From NCBI GenBank assembly GCA_965223265.1, contig OZ244999.1:672001-736000 (forward strand): a stretch of DNA of 64,000 nucleotides, written 5' to 3'. Numbering within the stretch: the stretch's first letter is position 1; every line of letters begins with the position of its first letter. Below, in pieces: positions 19,254 through 29,400 of the stretch. Below the pieces are notes generated by a model. The model was given only the letters and a program-made list of their open reading frames with translations, was not told the origin of the DNA and ran no database searches. The position numbers were made by a program, and so were the translations under genes. Source of the stretch: Planctomycetota bacterium (GTDB lineage: Bacteria > Planctomycetota > UBA8108 > SXIK01).

Positions 19254-21369
19254 CCGCTTCGCGAATGTGACTCGGACGATTTTCTTCAAGGATCTCAAAG
19301 AGTTGCTGCGGGATCGGCGAGCCGTAGTGTTCGCGTTCCTCGTGCCGCTTCTCCTCTACCCGATCCTGTTTTTTATCGTCTCCATCCTGCCGCGCGTTCG
19401 CAGTGCTGAACTAGAGAGTCTCCAGCTTGAAGTGGGTGTCACTGGGAATTTCCCTTACGCCAACCGTTTCCTTCAGCAGGAAGGTCTTCAAGTCAGCGAG
19501 TTTGAAGATCCAACCGCCGCGATTCGCAGCGAGACTTTGACCGTCGCGGTCGCATTTTATCGAGCCATCGAGAAGCAAGAGAGCGAGAACGAAAACCAAG
19601 ACGGAGCTGGCGCCGATGGTCCCGACGACACTCAGAGTCCCCAAGACTCAAGTGACGGAGACAATAGGAACTACGACGTGCCTCTCGAGGCTGTGTTGCG
19701 CGGCGAGATCAATTTGGCGGTCGAAGTTTCCTACCTTGGTACCTCTCGCAAGAGCTTCGAAGGACGGGAGAGAGTTGCTTCTGCTCTCAAGAGCCTACGG
19801 GAGAATCTTCTCACGATGCGTTTCTCGCCGTACGGCCATGATCGAGACCCTCTGCAATTGACGCATCGGATCGTGCGCGATGTTGCGACCAAAAGCGAAG
19901 CGGCAAGCGCGAAGTTTGGGCGTCTCCTGCCGGTCCTGGTTGTGCTGCTCTTGCTGACCGGAGGCTCGTTCGCTGCGATTGATCTCGTGGCTGGAGAGAA
20001 AGAGCGCGGCACCCTTGAAACGCTCTACCTCCATCCCGTGCCGACTGGCGCCATCGTTACGGCAAAGCTACTCGTCGTGTTGGCTACGTCGCTCGTCTCT
20101 GTCTCTCTCAACTACGCGGGCATGGTTGTTGGAGTCAAGTTGTGTAGTTGGCTGAGCCTCAACATTGAGGACCAAACCGCGTTTCCCGTTTTCGTCCCGC
20201 CGATCGGCGTGGCGCTGCAGATTCTGCTCCTTTTATTGCCGTTGGCGGTGTTCACAAGTTCACTTCTTCTGGCGGTCTCGACACGCTCCAACTCTTTTCG
20301 CGAGGCACAGACGTATCTGTTGCCGCTCACGCTCATTTGCATGGTCTGCATCGGACTCGGCTTGGCGCCGCAGCTCTCCTTGGCGAGCGTTGTCGCACTC
20401 GTACCGATCGCCAACGTTACGCTTGGAATGCGTGAAGCGCTGGAGGGGCGTCTCGAAGCGGTTCCTTACCTCGTGACCCTCGCCTTCTCGACTCTCTATG
20501 CGTGGTTGACGCTACGCTTCGCAGCCAAGCTTCTGCACCGGGAAGAGGTCGTCCTGGGGATCGAACCGCCGGTGGGAATGTTGCGGCAGGATCCGGAGCA
20601 TCGTGCGCGTCGTGTCCTTCTTTTCGGCTGTTTCGCCCTCCTTGGGGTTTACTACGTGGGACAACTCCTACAGAGTTGGAACTTGGTCGGTGGGCTCGCT
20701 CTGACGCTCTGGGTGGTCGTCCTCGCGCCACCGATCGCATATCTCATCTACTTTCAACTTCCAGTGCGGGAAGTCCTTGGCTGGAGAGCTACTCGGCTGC
20801 GCAACTATTTGTGGATGGTGCCGATCTCCCTCGGCACGACCGTCGTTGTGGTGGCTTACACGAGTCTGCAGCGGCGATTTTTGCCAATGCCGACCTTTGG
20901 CGCGGAACTTATCGCAGAGACGTTTCGCAATCTGGGCTACCCGTTAGCGATTCTGCTTGTTGCCGTTTCACCCGCTGTCTGCGAAGAGATCTTGTGGCGG
21001 GGTACGTTCCAAGGCGAGCTGTCGCAGCGCCAGCGTCCGCTGCGAACGGCGCTTGTCGTGGCGTTCTTTTTCGGACTCTTTCATCTGAGCATCGAGCGCC
21101 TCATTCCAACTGCGCTTGCCGGGTTTGCATTGGCAATGGTTCGCGAACGCTCGGGGTCGATCTTTCCAGCGATGATTCTTCACGGACTTTACAACTTCAC
21201 CGCGCTCACGTTGATTCATCACATGCCACCCGAACGAGAAGAGTCGCTGACGCGTCTCGCATCGCAGCCCCTCGTATGGGGGGGAGCCCTCGTGATCGTC
21301 GCCTTCGGGATTTCTCAGCTTCGCGGGCCGTTGGCTGCCGAGGGCGGAGGCCCAGATCGCACTGAATAG
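19246..21369 (+). CDS. NatB-like ABC permease fused to a CPBP (Abi/CAAX) intramembrane metalloprotease
   Basis: AGEKERGTLETL, SFREAQ; C-terminal EEILWRG, FGLFH, HGLYN CPBP motifs intact. Confidence 0.9.
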   Translation: MVDRFANVTRTIFFKDLKELLRDRRAVVFAFLVPLLLYPILFFIVSILPRVRSAELESLQLEVGVTGNFPYANRFLQQEGLQVSEFEDPTAAIRSETLTVAVAFYRAIEKQESENENQDGAGADGPDDTQSPQDSSDGDNRNYDVPLEAVLRGEINLAVEVSYLGTSRKSFEGRERVASALKSLRENLLTMRFSPYGHDRDPLQLTHRIVRDVATKSEAASAKFGRLLPVLVVLLLLTGGSFAAIDLVAGEKERGTLETLYLHPVPTGAIVTAKLLVVLATSLVSVSLNYAGMVVGVKLCSWLSLNIEDQTAFPVFVPPIGVALQILLLLLPLAVFTSSLLLAVSTRSNSFREAQTYLLPLTLICMVCIGLGLAPQLSLASVVALVPIANVTLGMREALEGRLEAVPYLVTLAFSTLYAWLTLRFAAKLLHREEVVLGIEPPVGMLRQDPEHRARRVLLFGCFALLGVYYVGQLLQSWNLVGGLALTLWVVVLAPPIAYLIYFQLPVREVLGWRATRLRNYLWMVPISLGTTVVVVAYTSLQRRFLPMPTFGAELIAETFRNLGYPLAILLVAVSPAVCEEILWRGTFQGELSQRQRPLRTALVVAFFFGLFHLSIERLIPTALAGFALAMVRERSGSIFPAMILHGLYNFTALTLIHHMPPEREESLTRLASQPLVWGGALVIVAFGISQLRGPLAAEGGGPDRTE

Positions 21370-21548
21370 CGCGTGGGTGGGGAGCGTCAAAAGGGTGGAA
21401 ATCTTCAGCCGCAGCGGTTAATTTCAGACGTCTGCGACCGCCACCCTCAGGCAGATCGGCATCCGGCGTGTGAATCGTCGGAGGCAGCGACTCGCGACCA
21501 CCTGCCGGGTGCGCTCCGCAATCAGCCGCGGCAACGCTGCGATTCTCC

Positions 21549-22025
21549 ATGCATCTACCTGACGACGAGCGAACCCGCCGAGCGCCAACCGAGGCCGAAA
21601 GCATGCCAGCCCCCGATACCCACGAGACTCTGAGCACGGCGACTGCCCCAGCGGCTGCATCGGTTGCGTCGCCATCTGAGAGCCGCGCGGACACCGAGCG
21701 ACCAAATGGTAGCGTCGCCGCGGTCTCGGGTGTTGGGTTGGATGCGGCCATTGAGGCGGGAGCAGTCGAGCTCCGGATCGAGTTTTGCGAACCGAGCAAC
21801 TTCCGGCCGATTGTGCTGGCGCTTGTTCGCTTCTTGACTCAAGAAGCGAACATTTCGGTTCAGCTGGTGCCATCACGCGGCGGTGTGTTCGAGGTCGAGG
21901 TCGACGGACGGACGATTTTCTCGAAACGGGCGACCGCGCGCATTCCTGATCCGGATGAAGTGCGTTATCACGTCGTCCAAGCCGCTAAGCAGCGCGCTGC
22001 GCAGGGTGTCAAATCGGCGTCGTGA
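21549..22025 (+). CDS. Rdx (SelT/SelW/SelH) family thioredoxin-like protein, CxxS variant
   Basis: LRIEFCEPSNF, LVPSRGGVFEVEVDGRTIFSK, RIPDPDEV; N-terminal ~70 aa is low complexity, start uncertain. Confidence 0.85.
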   Translation: MHLPDDERTRRAPTEAESMPAPDTHETLSTATAPAAASVASPSESRADTERPNGSVAAVSGVGLDAAIEAGAVELRIEFCEPSNFRPIVLALVRFLTQEANISVQLVPSRGGVFEVEVDGRTIFSKRATARIPDPDEVRYHVVQAAKQRAAQGVKSAS

Positions 22026-22078
22026 CAAGTCGCCATGGGCCGGTTGGACGGGCGGCGCTTCCGACGGGGATGTAGCGT

Positions 22079-22107
22079 TTGACTTGGCGTCGTCGGTACT
22101 TTACTTT
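22079..22107 (+). promoter_or_regulatory. Candidate sigma70 promoter
   Basis: TTGACT-17 bp-TACTTT in an AT-enriched patch about 500 bp upstream of the CotH gene pair. Confidence 0.5.
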
Positions 22108-22491
22108 TTTCGAACTCGGCGTAGCGGGGTCCGTCGACGAGCCGTAAGATGGGCGACATGAATCCGTGAAATGAGCGGTAGAGGAAGTGTGAAGTCAGCG
22201 AGGTGTTCGCCTCGTGTACCTGGTCCCAGCGCGCCGGATGTACCTTGCCGGATGTAACTTGGCAGTAGCCTGGTGAATTCGCTGAGTGAGAGTGCGCGGA
22301 TCGAGTCGTCTTCGCGCGCATCTGTGGATTGACTGTTCTGCTGTTGCGTCTGAAGCTGTTCGAACGGACGCCCTGATCCTGAAGGGTCCGTGTGCAGCTG
22401 AGCGCAGGACCAGATCGTCGGTCCGGCGACTTCTGCAGCGCCGCTCCGCGGATGCGATTCGTTCCCGCCGATCTGCGCGGCGTGTCGCGAG

Positions 22492-22590
22492 GAACTCCGA
22501 TTGAGTTCAGCAGAATTCAACCGTGAACTCAGAACTGAGTTCAGGATTGGAATTCAGTTCATAATCGGAATTCAGTTGAGAATCGGAATT
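22492..22590. repeat. AT-rich palindrome and 18-bp tandem array upstream of the CotH pair
   Basis: GAACTC-N5-GAGTTC (22492-22508); TGAACTCAG-AA-CTGAGTTCA (22524-22543); 3 x 18 bp SAGTTSA..ATYGGAATT (22537-22590). Confidence 0.8.
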
Positions 22591-22613
22591 CATCGCGCCG
22601 CCGAAAAGGGGTC

Positions 22614-25600
22614 ATGAAGAGTCTCCTCCCTATGGCCGCGCCTATTCGACATCCTGCGACACGAGCAAAACGGACACGGTTGACCGCCGCTGTGTTGCTC
22701 CTGTTGACGTGTCCGTCGACAGACTCGCTGCACGCGTCCGTGGTCATCAGCGAAGTCCACTATCATCCGCCGGCGCCGCACGACGTCGCGGACGAGTTTG
22801 TCGAGCTCTACAACTCGGGACCAACCGTTGCCGATCTCAGCGGCTGGAGACTTGTGGGCGGTGTTGAGTACACCTTTCCGGATGGGGCGAGCATCGAGGC
22901 TGCAGGCTGCGTTATCGTGACTCGAACTACGGGAGCCGCCGACGAGCTTGGGGTGACAACCGTTGAGTCAGTGTTTGCGCACTACTCAGGGGCACTCGCG
23001 AACGATGACGATCACTTTGTGCTCGTCGATGCGCATGAGCGCTACGTCGATGACGTGGTCTACGGTGACCGCGGATTCTGGCCCGAAACGGCGGACGGGG
23101 GCGGAGATTCGCTTCAGCGTCAGTGCGTGGACGCAAGTGGTCGTAACGTGGCGAATTGGCTCGCGGCGCCACCGACGCCACTTGTTCACGTCGTCGGAGG
23201 TATTTGTCCGCCGCCCGAGCTTCCAACGCCGCGCCTCGTGATCAACGAGATTCATTACCATCCGTTCGGCAGCGACAGCGATCGACCGATTGGCGATGAC
23301 GGCGAGGTGGCTGAGTTCCTTGAGCTGAGGAACCCCAGCTCTTCGGCGCTCGACGTGGGTGGGTGGCGCTTGAGTGAGGGCGTCGAGTATGAGTTCCCCC
23401 CGCAGAGCGTCATTCCACCGGGCGGGTTCGTCGTGCTGGCACGCGATCCCGAGTCTCTGCGGGATAGCTTTGAGTTGCCACCCGACGTCGTCGTAGCGAA
23501 GTACGAAGGTCGACTTTCCAATCGCGGCGAGCGACTGACGGTTGTGGACGCGTCTGGCGACGTGGTCGAGAGCCTCCGCTATGACGACAGCGGTCAGTGG
23601 CCCTACATGGCGGACGGTTTCGGTCGAAGCCTCGAGCGCATCAGCGCCTTTGGTGCCAGTGGGGACCCGGTCAATTGGCGAGCCGGAGAGGTCGGCGAAC
23701 ATCGCTTTCGAACACTCTTCGGCGAGGGTCCCAAGAGCAACGGGTTTTCGCAGATCTTGATCTTGGCTCTGCCGGGAACCGGCGAGGCCATCATCGATGA
23801 GGTGGTTCTGCAGGATCTCAGCGACGGCGACCGTCGCAATCTCATCGTGAACGGTGGATTCGAAAGCGGTCTCGAGGGCTGGAGGCTGAGAGGGAGCGCG
23901 TCGAACTCGGTTTGGGATCCGGCGGCTGGTGTCGACGGAGGGGGAGCCCTTCGGCTTGTCGTTGATGGCCCCTGTTCATTTTCCCAGTGCGGTGTCAACG
24001 ACGCCGTGTCGATTCCGGTGTCGATTCCGTTCAATAGTCAGTCGACATTCCGGTTGACGCTCAGTGTCCGTTACGTCTCAGGAAGCCAAGAACTGTTTGC
24101 GGGTCTCTTCGATGGCGTCCAGGCGACAGTCACCCGCACCATGACGCCGGGCCGCACGAATGTCGTTGCCTCCGATGAAATCCCGCCGTCGGTTGACTAC
24201 GTCGGCCGCAGTCCACGACGTCCCACTTCGAGTGACAGGACCACCATCTCGGTCCGCGTCCGCGGCGATCCTACAGAAGTCACGCTGCACTACGCTCCCG
24301 GCGAGGCCGGCGACTTTGGTGTGCTGCAGCTCTTCGACGATGGTGCGCACGACGACCGCGACGCAGGAGATGGCGTTTTCGCCAACGAGATTCCCCCCTT
24401 CGAGCACAACACGCAGGTGCGTTATTGGGTGCAGGCAGCTCGCGGTCCCGTCGCGACCCAGTTTCCGCGCTCGAGTGTTTTCGCGGATCCACGTGGCGAC
24501 GAGTTGCGCGGCTACTACGTCAACGACCTGCAGGAGTCCGAATCGATTCCCACTTATCATCTCCTGATCGACGGCATTGACGGCAGCGATTGGGTCGCTG
24601 TCAACGACTTCCTTAGGTGCTCGGAGCTGAAGCGAGCATCGTTCGCCTTCGATGGAGAGCTCTATCCCGACATCGGGCTGCGGTGGCGAGGTAATACAGC
24701 GTGCGTCATCGACAAGCGAAACTTTAAAGTGCGGTTCAACAAGGCGCTCCCGTTTCGTAGTCTGCGTAAACTCAACTTCAACGGCCTTTGGACCGACAAA
24801 TCTCTTGTTCGTGAACGTCTGGCGTGGGATTTCATCGACCAGTTGGGGGCGCCTCAAATCCGTACGGAGTATGCACGCATACACGTCAGCGGCTCCTACT
24901 ATGGGCTGTATCTCTGCCTTGAACATCCGGATGAGCGATTTCTCCGACGCAACGGCCTGGATGTCTCCGGCAGCTTTTACAAAGCTCGGCAGCCGCCGCC
25001 GCGCCGCATAAACGAGCCTATTGAATCGGCGCTTTCGATCCAGCCGTCTGGAACCTACGATGCGAGGTGGGAAGAAGAGATCAACGAAGGCGGGGATTTT
25101 TCTGATGTCGAGTCGTTCGTCGTCTCCATGCACGCTGCCGCGCGATCGGTCGCCGATGTTACGTTTTTTCTCGACAACACGTTTCCCAACACGGTGATCG
25201 ATTTTCAGTTGACGCAGGTGCTGTTGAACAACATCGACAGCGCCATCAAGAACCATTTCCTCTACCACAGCCTCGAGCAAGGGCGTTGGGGTTTCTTTAC
25301 TTGGGATATGGATCTCGTGTTTGGCAAGTTCTTCCTCCGCGACGCGGCCGACATCGAAGCCGGCCGACAGACAGGCACACTCAACGACTTGATGCTGAGT
25401 GATTTGATGGGAGACCTGCGGCCGTTCTTCATGACGACGCTCGACGGCGATCGCGAGTTCAATTGGCTGGTGGAGTATTTCTTTACCGCAGGCGAAGGCT
25501 ACTTCCAGCGCGCCTATCTCGTAAGGCTTTGCCGGATTCTAGAGGAGAAGCTAAAGGAAACCTCCTATGCGCCGCAGCTCGATTCGCTCGCGAGTTTGTT

Positions 25601-26498
25601 GTGGGAGGAGCAGACCATCGATTTTGAGCGCTGGGGACGGTATCCGTCGAACGTCGAGAACTTCCCGGAGGATATGCTGAGCAACCTTGAGATTGTTGAA
25701 GACCAAATCTCGAAGCATCGTCGCTTCCTCGCAGGGTTTGTTCGGCAAGAGCACGCTGACATCATGAACGCGCCGGTGCTGCGTATCTCGGAGATCATGT
25801 ATCGTCCCATGCGAGACGAACTGGAGTTCCTCGAGCTCGTGAACGTTTCGCCTCAGGACGTTGACGTTGGTGGCTGGGCGGTCGTTGGCATCGGCTACAC
25901 TTTTCCCGCGCGAACCGTCGTTGCGGCAGGTGAGACGGTCGTCTTAGCTAAGTCACCGCGCGCGCTGCGTGAAGAGGCAGGGCTGGGTGCTGAAGTGGCA
26001 GTGTTCGGGCCGTATCCAGGGAGGCTCGCGAACGACGGCGAGCTTCTCCGCGTCGAGGATTCCGGACCGGGATTCCCTGCGACCGTCGATCTTGTCAGAT
26101 ACCGTCCCGGTGAGGACTGGCCTGAGACTCGCCCGGGCTATAGTCTTCAGCTCTTGCGCGTCTCGCGATCCACTGACAACGACTCCGCGTCTGCGTGGAC
26201 CGTGTCCTCTGCGCTCGGCGGTGACCCAGGGAGCGGTGTGCAGCACTTCGTCCGCGGTGATGCCAACGCGGACGAGCGCCTGAACGTGTCCGACGCGATT
26301 TTCGTTCTGCTCTTTGTGTATCGCGGCGGCCAGGAGCCGATCTGCCTCGACGCGGCGGACGCAAACGACGACGGTTTGCTCGATCTTGGGGACGCCGTAA
26401 CCCTTCTCGGACACCTTTTTGGTGCCACCGAAGTGCTTCCAGAGCCATATCCTGAGATTGGGCCCGATCCGACAAGTGACACGTTAGGTTGCCGATGA
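22614..26498 (+). CDS. Secreted LTD(x3)/CotH kinase/dockerin-like protein, paralog 1
   Basis: Three LTD repeats (ISEVHYHP, INEIHYHP, ISEIMY); RWRGNTA, KRNFKVRF, NIDSAIKNHF, WDMDLVFG; FVRGDANAD...CLDAADANDDG. Confidence 0.9.
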   Translation: MKSLLPMAAPIRHPATRAKRTRLTAAVLLLLTCPSTDSLHASVVISEVHYHPPAPHDVADEFVELYNSGPTVADLSGWRLVGGVEYTFPDGASIEAAGCVIVTRTTGAADELGVTTVESVFAHYSGALANDDDHFVLVDAHERYVDDVVYGDRGFWPETADGGGDSLQRQCVDASGRNVANWLAAPPTPLVHVVGGICPPPELPTPRLVINEIHYHPFGSDSDRPIGDDGEVAEFLELRNPSSSALDVGGWRLSEGVEYEFPPQSVIPPGGFVVLARDPESLRDSFELPPDVVVAKYEGRLSNRGERLTVVDASGDVVESLRYDDSGQWPYMADGFGRSLERISAFGASGDPVNWRAGEVGEHRFRTLFGEGPKSNGFSQILILALPGTGEAIIDEVVLQDLSDGDRRNLIVNGGFESGLEGWRLRGSASNSVWDPAAGVDGGGALRLVVDGPCSFSQCGVNDAVSIPVSIPFNSQSTFRLTLSVRYVSGSQELFAGLFDGVQATVTRTMTPGRTNVVASDEIPPSVDYVGRSPRRPTSSDRTTISVRVRGDPTEVTLHYAPGEAGDFGVLQLFDDGAHDDRDAGDGVFANEIPPFEHNTQVRYWVQAARGPVATQFPRSSVFADPRGDELRGYYVNDLQESESIPTYHLLIDGIDGSDWVAVNDFLRCSELKRASFAFDGELYPDIGLRWRGNTACVIDKRNFKVRFNKALPFRSLRKLNFNGLWTDKSLVRERLAWDFIDQLGAPQIRTEYARIHVSGSYYGLYLCLEHPDERFLRRNGLDVSGSFYKARQPPPRRINEPIESALSIQPSGTYDARWEEEINEGGDFSDVESFVVSMHAAARSVADVTFFLDNTFPNTVIDFQLTQVLLNNIDSAIKNHFLYHSLEQGRWGFFTWDMDLVFGKFFLRDAADIEAGRQTGTLNDLMLSDLMGDLRPFFMTTLDGDREFNWLVEYFFTAGEGYFQRAYLVRLCRILEEKLKETSYAPQLDSLASLLWEEQTIDFERWGRYPSNVENFPEDMLSNLEIVEDQISKHRRFLAGFVRQEHADIMNAPVLRISEIMYRPMRDELEFLELVNVSPQDVDVGGWAVVGIGYTFPARTVVAAGETVVLAKSPRALREEAGLGAEVAVFGPYPGRLANDGELLRVEDSGPGFPATVDLVRYRPGEDWPETRPGYSLQLLRVSRSTDNDSASAWTVSSALGGDPGSGVQHFVRGDANADERLNVSDAIFVLLFVYRGGQEPICLDAADANDDGLLDLGDAVTLLGHLFGATEVLPEPYPEIGPDPTSDTLGCR

Positions 26499-29400
26499 AA
26501 CTGACGCAGGTATTCACGTTGGCCAAACTCGCACTTCAACCTTGGCGAGCTCGAGCGACACCGAGAGCGTCGTCACTGGGGATGTTCATCGCCTTGTTCT
26601 GCGCAATCGAGGTCCCTGCCGTCGTGATCACCGAAATTCACTACCAGCCGCCCGCCCCCGAGGCGAAGCGACTTGAGTTCGTCGAGCTCTACAACCCTTC
26701 GGCCCTTGCCGTCGATCTTGCTGGTTGGCGCCTTGAGCGGGGCGTCCGCTTCGAGTTCCCCGCCGGTGCCGTCATCCCTGCAGGGGGGTATGTCGTCGTT
26801 GCCAGGAATCGTGCAGCATTGGCGGCGGAATCGGAACTCGAAACCGACTCACTGTTCGGTGACTTCAAGGGGTCGCTCGCCAACGAGGGGGAAGAGATTC
26901 TTGTCGTCGATCACCTGGGCGTCTATGTCGACAGCGTGATGTACGACAACTCTCGACCGTGGCCGTCGGCCGCTGCGGGGGACGGCAGTTCTCTACACCG
27001 GATTTGCGGCGAGGAAGACGGATTTCTGCACACGAATTGGACTGGGTTGTCGCCGACGCCGGGTGCCGGACACGCGTTCGCCCGCTGTCCAGCGCCCGCC
27101 TTACCTATACCTCCCCTCGCGATCAACGAGATCTTTTACCACCCGGTGCAAGGCAGCGAGCTGATCGTCGTCGGCGATGACGGCGAGGCGAGCGAGTTTA
27201 TCGAACTCGTCAATACGAGCGGTGCGGCGCTCGACGTCGGTGGTTGGCGATTCTCGAATGGAATTCGTTATGAGTTCCCAGCTGGGACGATCATTCCAGC
27301 GGACGGCGTCGTGGTCTTGGCTAGGGACGCGACTGCGGCCTCTGTTGAGCTCGTAGACCCGGGAGTTTTTCTCGATCAGTACGAGGGGCGCCTCTCGAAC
27401 CGCGGCGAACGTGTCACCCTCCTAGACGCAGCTGAGACCGTGGTCGACAGCGTCAAGTACCTTGACCATGGAAAGTGGGCTTACGGCCCGGATGGGTTTG
27501 GACGATCGCTTGTGCGTATGAGTGTCGATCGACCGACGGACGATCCTGCCAACTGGGTCGGCTCGACGGTGAAAACCGGTGGATTTCAGGTTTTGCAAGG
27601 GACGGGAGGCCGAAGTCCTGGACTCGCGCCGCAGCAACTGGTGATCGCTATCGATGGAGAAGGAGAGGCGATCGTTGACGGTGTTGTCCTTGAAGACGTG
27701 GCCAACCCCGGCGTCAATCTGATCGACAACGGTGATTTCGTCGGTGGAATGCAGGGCTGGACAGCTGAGGGGGCTGCGGCGTTGTCTGAGTGGTCGCCTA
27801 CCGGCGGCGTCGATGGTGGTGGCGCTCTGCGACTGGTCTCGACGGGGCCATGCGGCGACGAGCAGTGCCGATCGGCTCAAGGTGTGTGGGCGGCTCCCAA
27901 TGCGCTTCTTAGCTCGACTGCGACGTATCGCTTGCGCCTCTCAGTCAAGCATATCAGCGGCAGTGTCGCGGTGCAGTCGGGCCTCGTCCTTGGCGTGCGA
28001 GCGACGACCCTACACTCGGCCGGGGAAGCGAGCGCCGTCGATTCTGCGGCACCCTTCATCGACCACGTCGCGAGGTTTCCGCGACAACCCTCGTCGGTCG
28101 ACAAGACTTGGTTGGTCGCTCGAGTTCGCGGCGTCGACCCAGGAGCGCCGACGGTGCGCATGGAGTACAGAGTCGGAGTCGACGGTGTCCTTCAAGAGCT
28201 GTTGCTGGTGGACGACGGTAACCATTTGGACCGAGATCCCGGCGACGGAATCTTCGGTGTCGAGTTGCCAGCGTTCGCGGGCGACACGCAGCTGCGTTAT
28301 CGATTCGAGCTCACGTCGACGAGTGGCACCCGTGAGTATCCCGAGCCGCTGACACCAGGCGCCGCGCTTGGCGAGGAGCACCTCGGATACTATGTCAGTG
28401 ACGCGGAAAACCCGACTGATCTGCCGACGTTTCACATCTTGCTGCCTGGTGTCGACGGGACTGATTTTCGCGCCGTCAACGCCCATCTGCTGTGCGATTT
28501 TCTGCAGCCTGCCTCTTTCGCCTTCGAGGGCGATCTTTACCCCGACGTGGGGGTGCGATGGCGCGGCAACACAGCGTGTGGCATCGACAAACGAAACTTT
28601 AAGATCCGCTTCAGTAAAGCGCAGCCATTTCGCGGTCTGCGCAAGATGAACTTCAACGGCCTCTGGACCGACAAGTCACTCATGCGTGAACGTGTCGCGT
28701 GGCAGTTTACGCGTGAGCTTGGGATGCCCTACGTCGAAACCGAGTATGGTCGCGTTCTGATCAACAGTGACTACTATGGCTTGTTTCTTTGTCTTGAGCA
28801 TCCTGATACGCGCTTCATGAGGCGTCTCGGCCTTGACACGAATGGGAGTCTCTACAAGGCGAAGCAACCGCCGTTTAACCCTGATCCAGCGGTGGTCATA
28901 CCAGGCGTCGTGGAGCGCGAGGTGGGTGCGTACCCGGACGGCTGGGAGGAAGAGGTCAACGAAGGTCGAGATTTCTCGGACATCGAGGAGTTCGTTGGCT
29001 CGATGCACGCCGCGGGGGTTGGGCCGATGTCACTCGATTTTTGGCAGACACGCTCTTTTCCCGAACTGATGATTGGATTCCAGGTCGCACAGGTCGTGCT
29101 TGGTAATTTCGACAGCGCGACGAAGAACCACTTCCTGTACCACGATGTCGATGAGGGGCGATGGGCTATCCTGAGCTGGGATCTTGATTTGGTTCTCGGG
29201 AAGTTTTTCGATCTGAATGCCATAAATCCCAACGAAGGCCGTCAACAGGGAACGCTGAACGACGTCATGATGAGCCAGAACTCGGAGGTTCAGGGGCTCC
29301 TCACGCCGTGGTACATGTCGACCGTCAATCGCAATCCGAGGCGCAATTGGGCGATCGATTTTTTCTTTCGCGCTGGCGATGGCTTCTATCAACGAGCTTA

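Noticed and set aside
22230-22275. Similarity to the 3' arm of bacterial SRP RNA (TGCCGGATGTAACTTGGCAG)
   Set aside because: The conserved SRP helix-8 motif (CAGG...GGAA...AGCAG) is absent.
22492-22590. Possible CRISPR array
   Set aside because: Units are contiguous 18-mers with no unique spacers, and there are no cas genes nearby.
22507-22593. Minus-strand mini-ORF MNSDSQLNSDYEL...VEFC-TGA as a possible selenopeptide
   Set aside because: It is a by-product of the 18-bp repeat; read-through gives a non-protein-like Arg-rich sequence and I see no SECIS.
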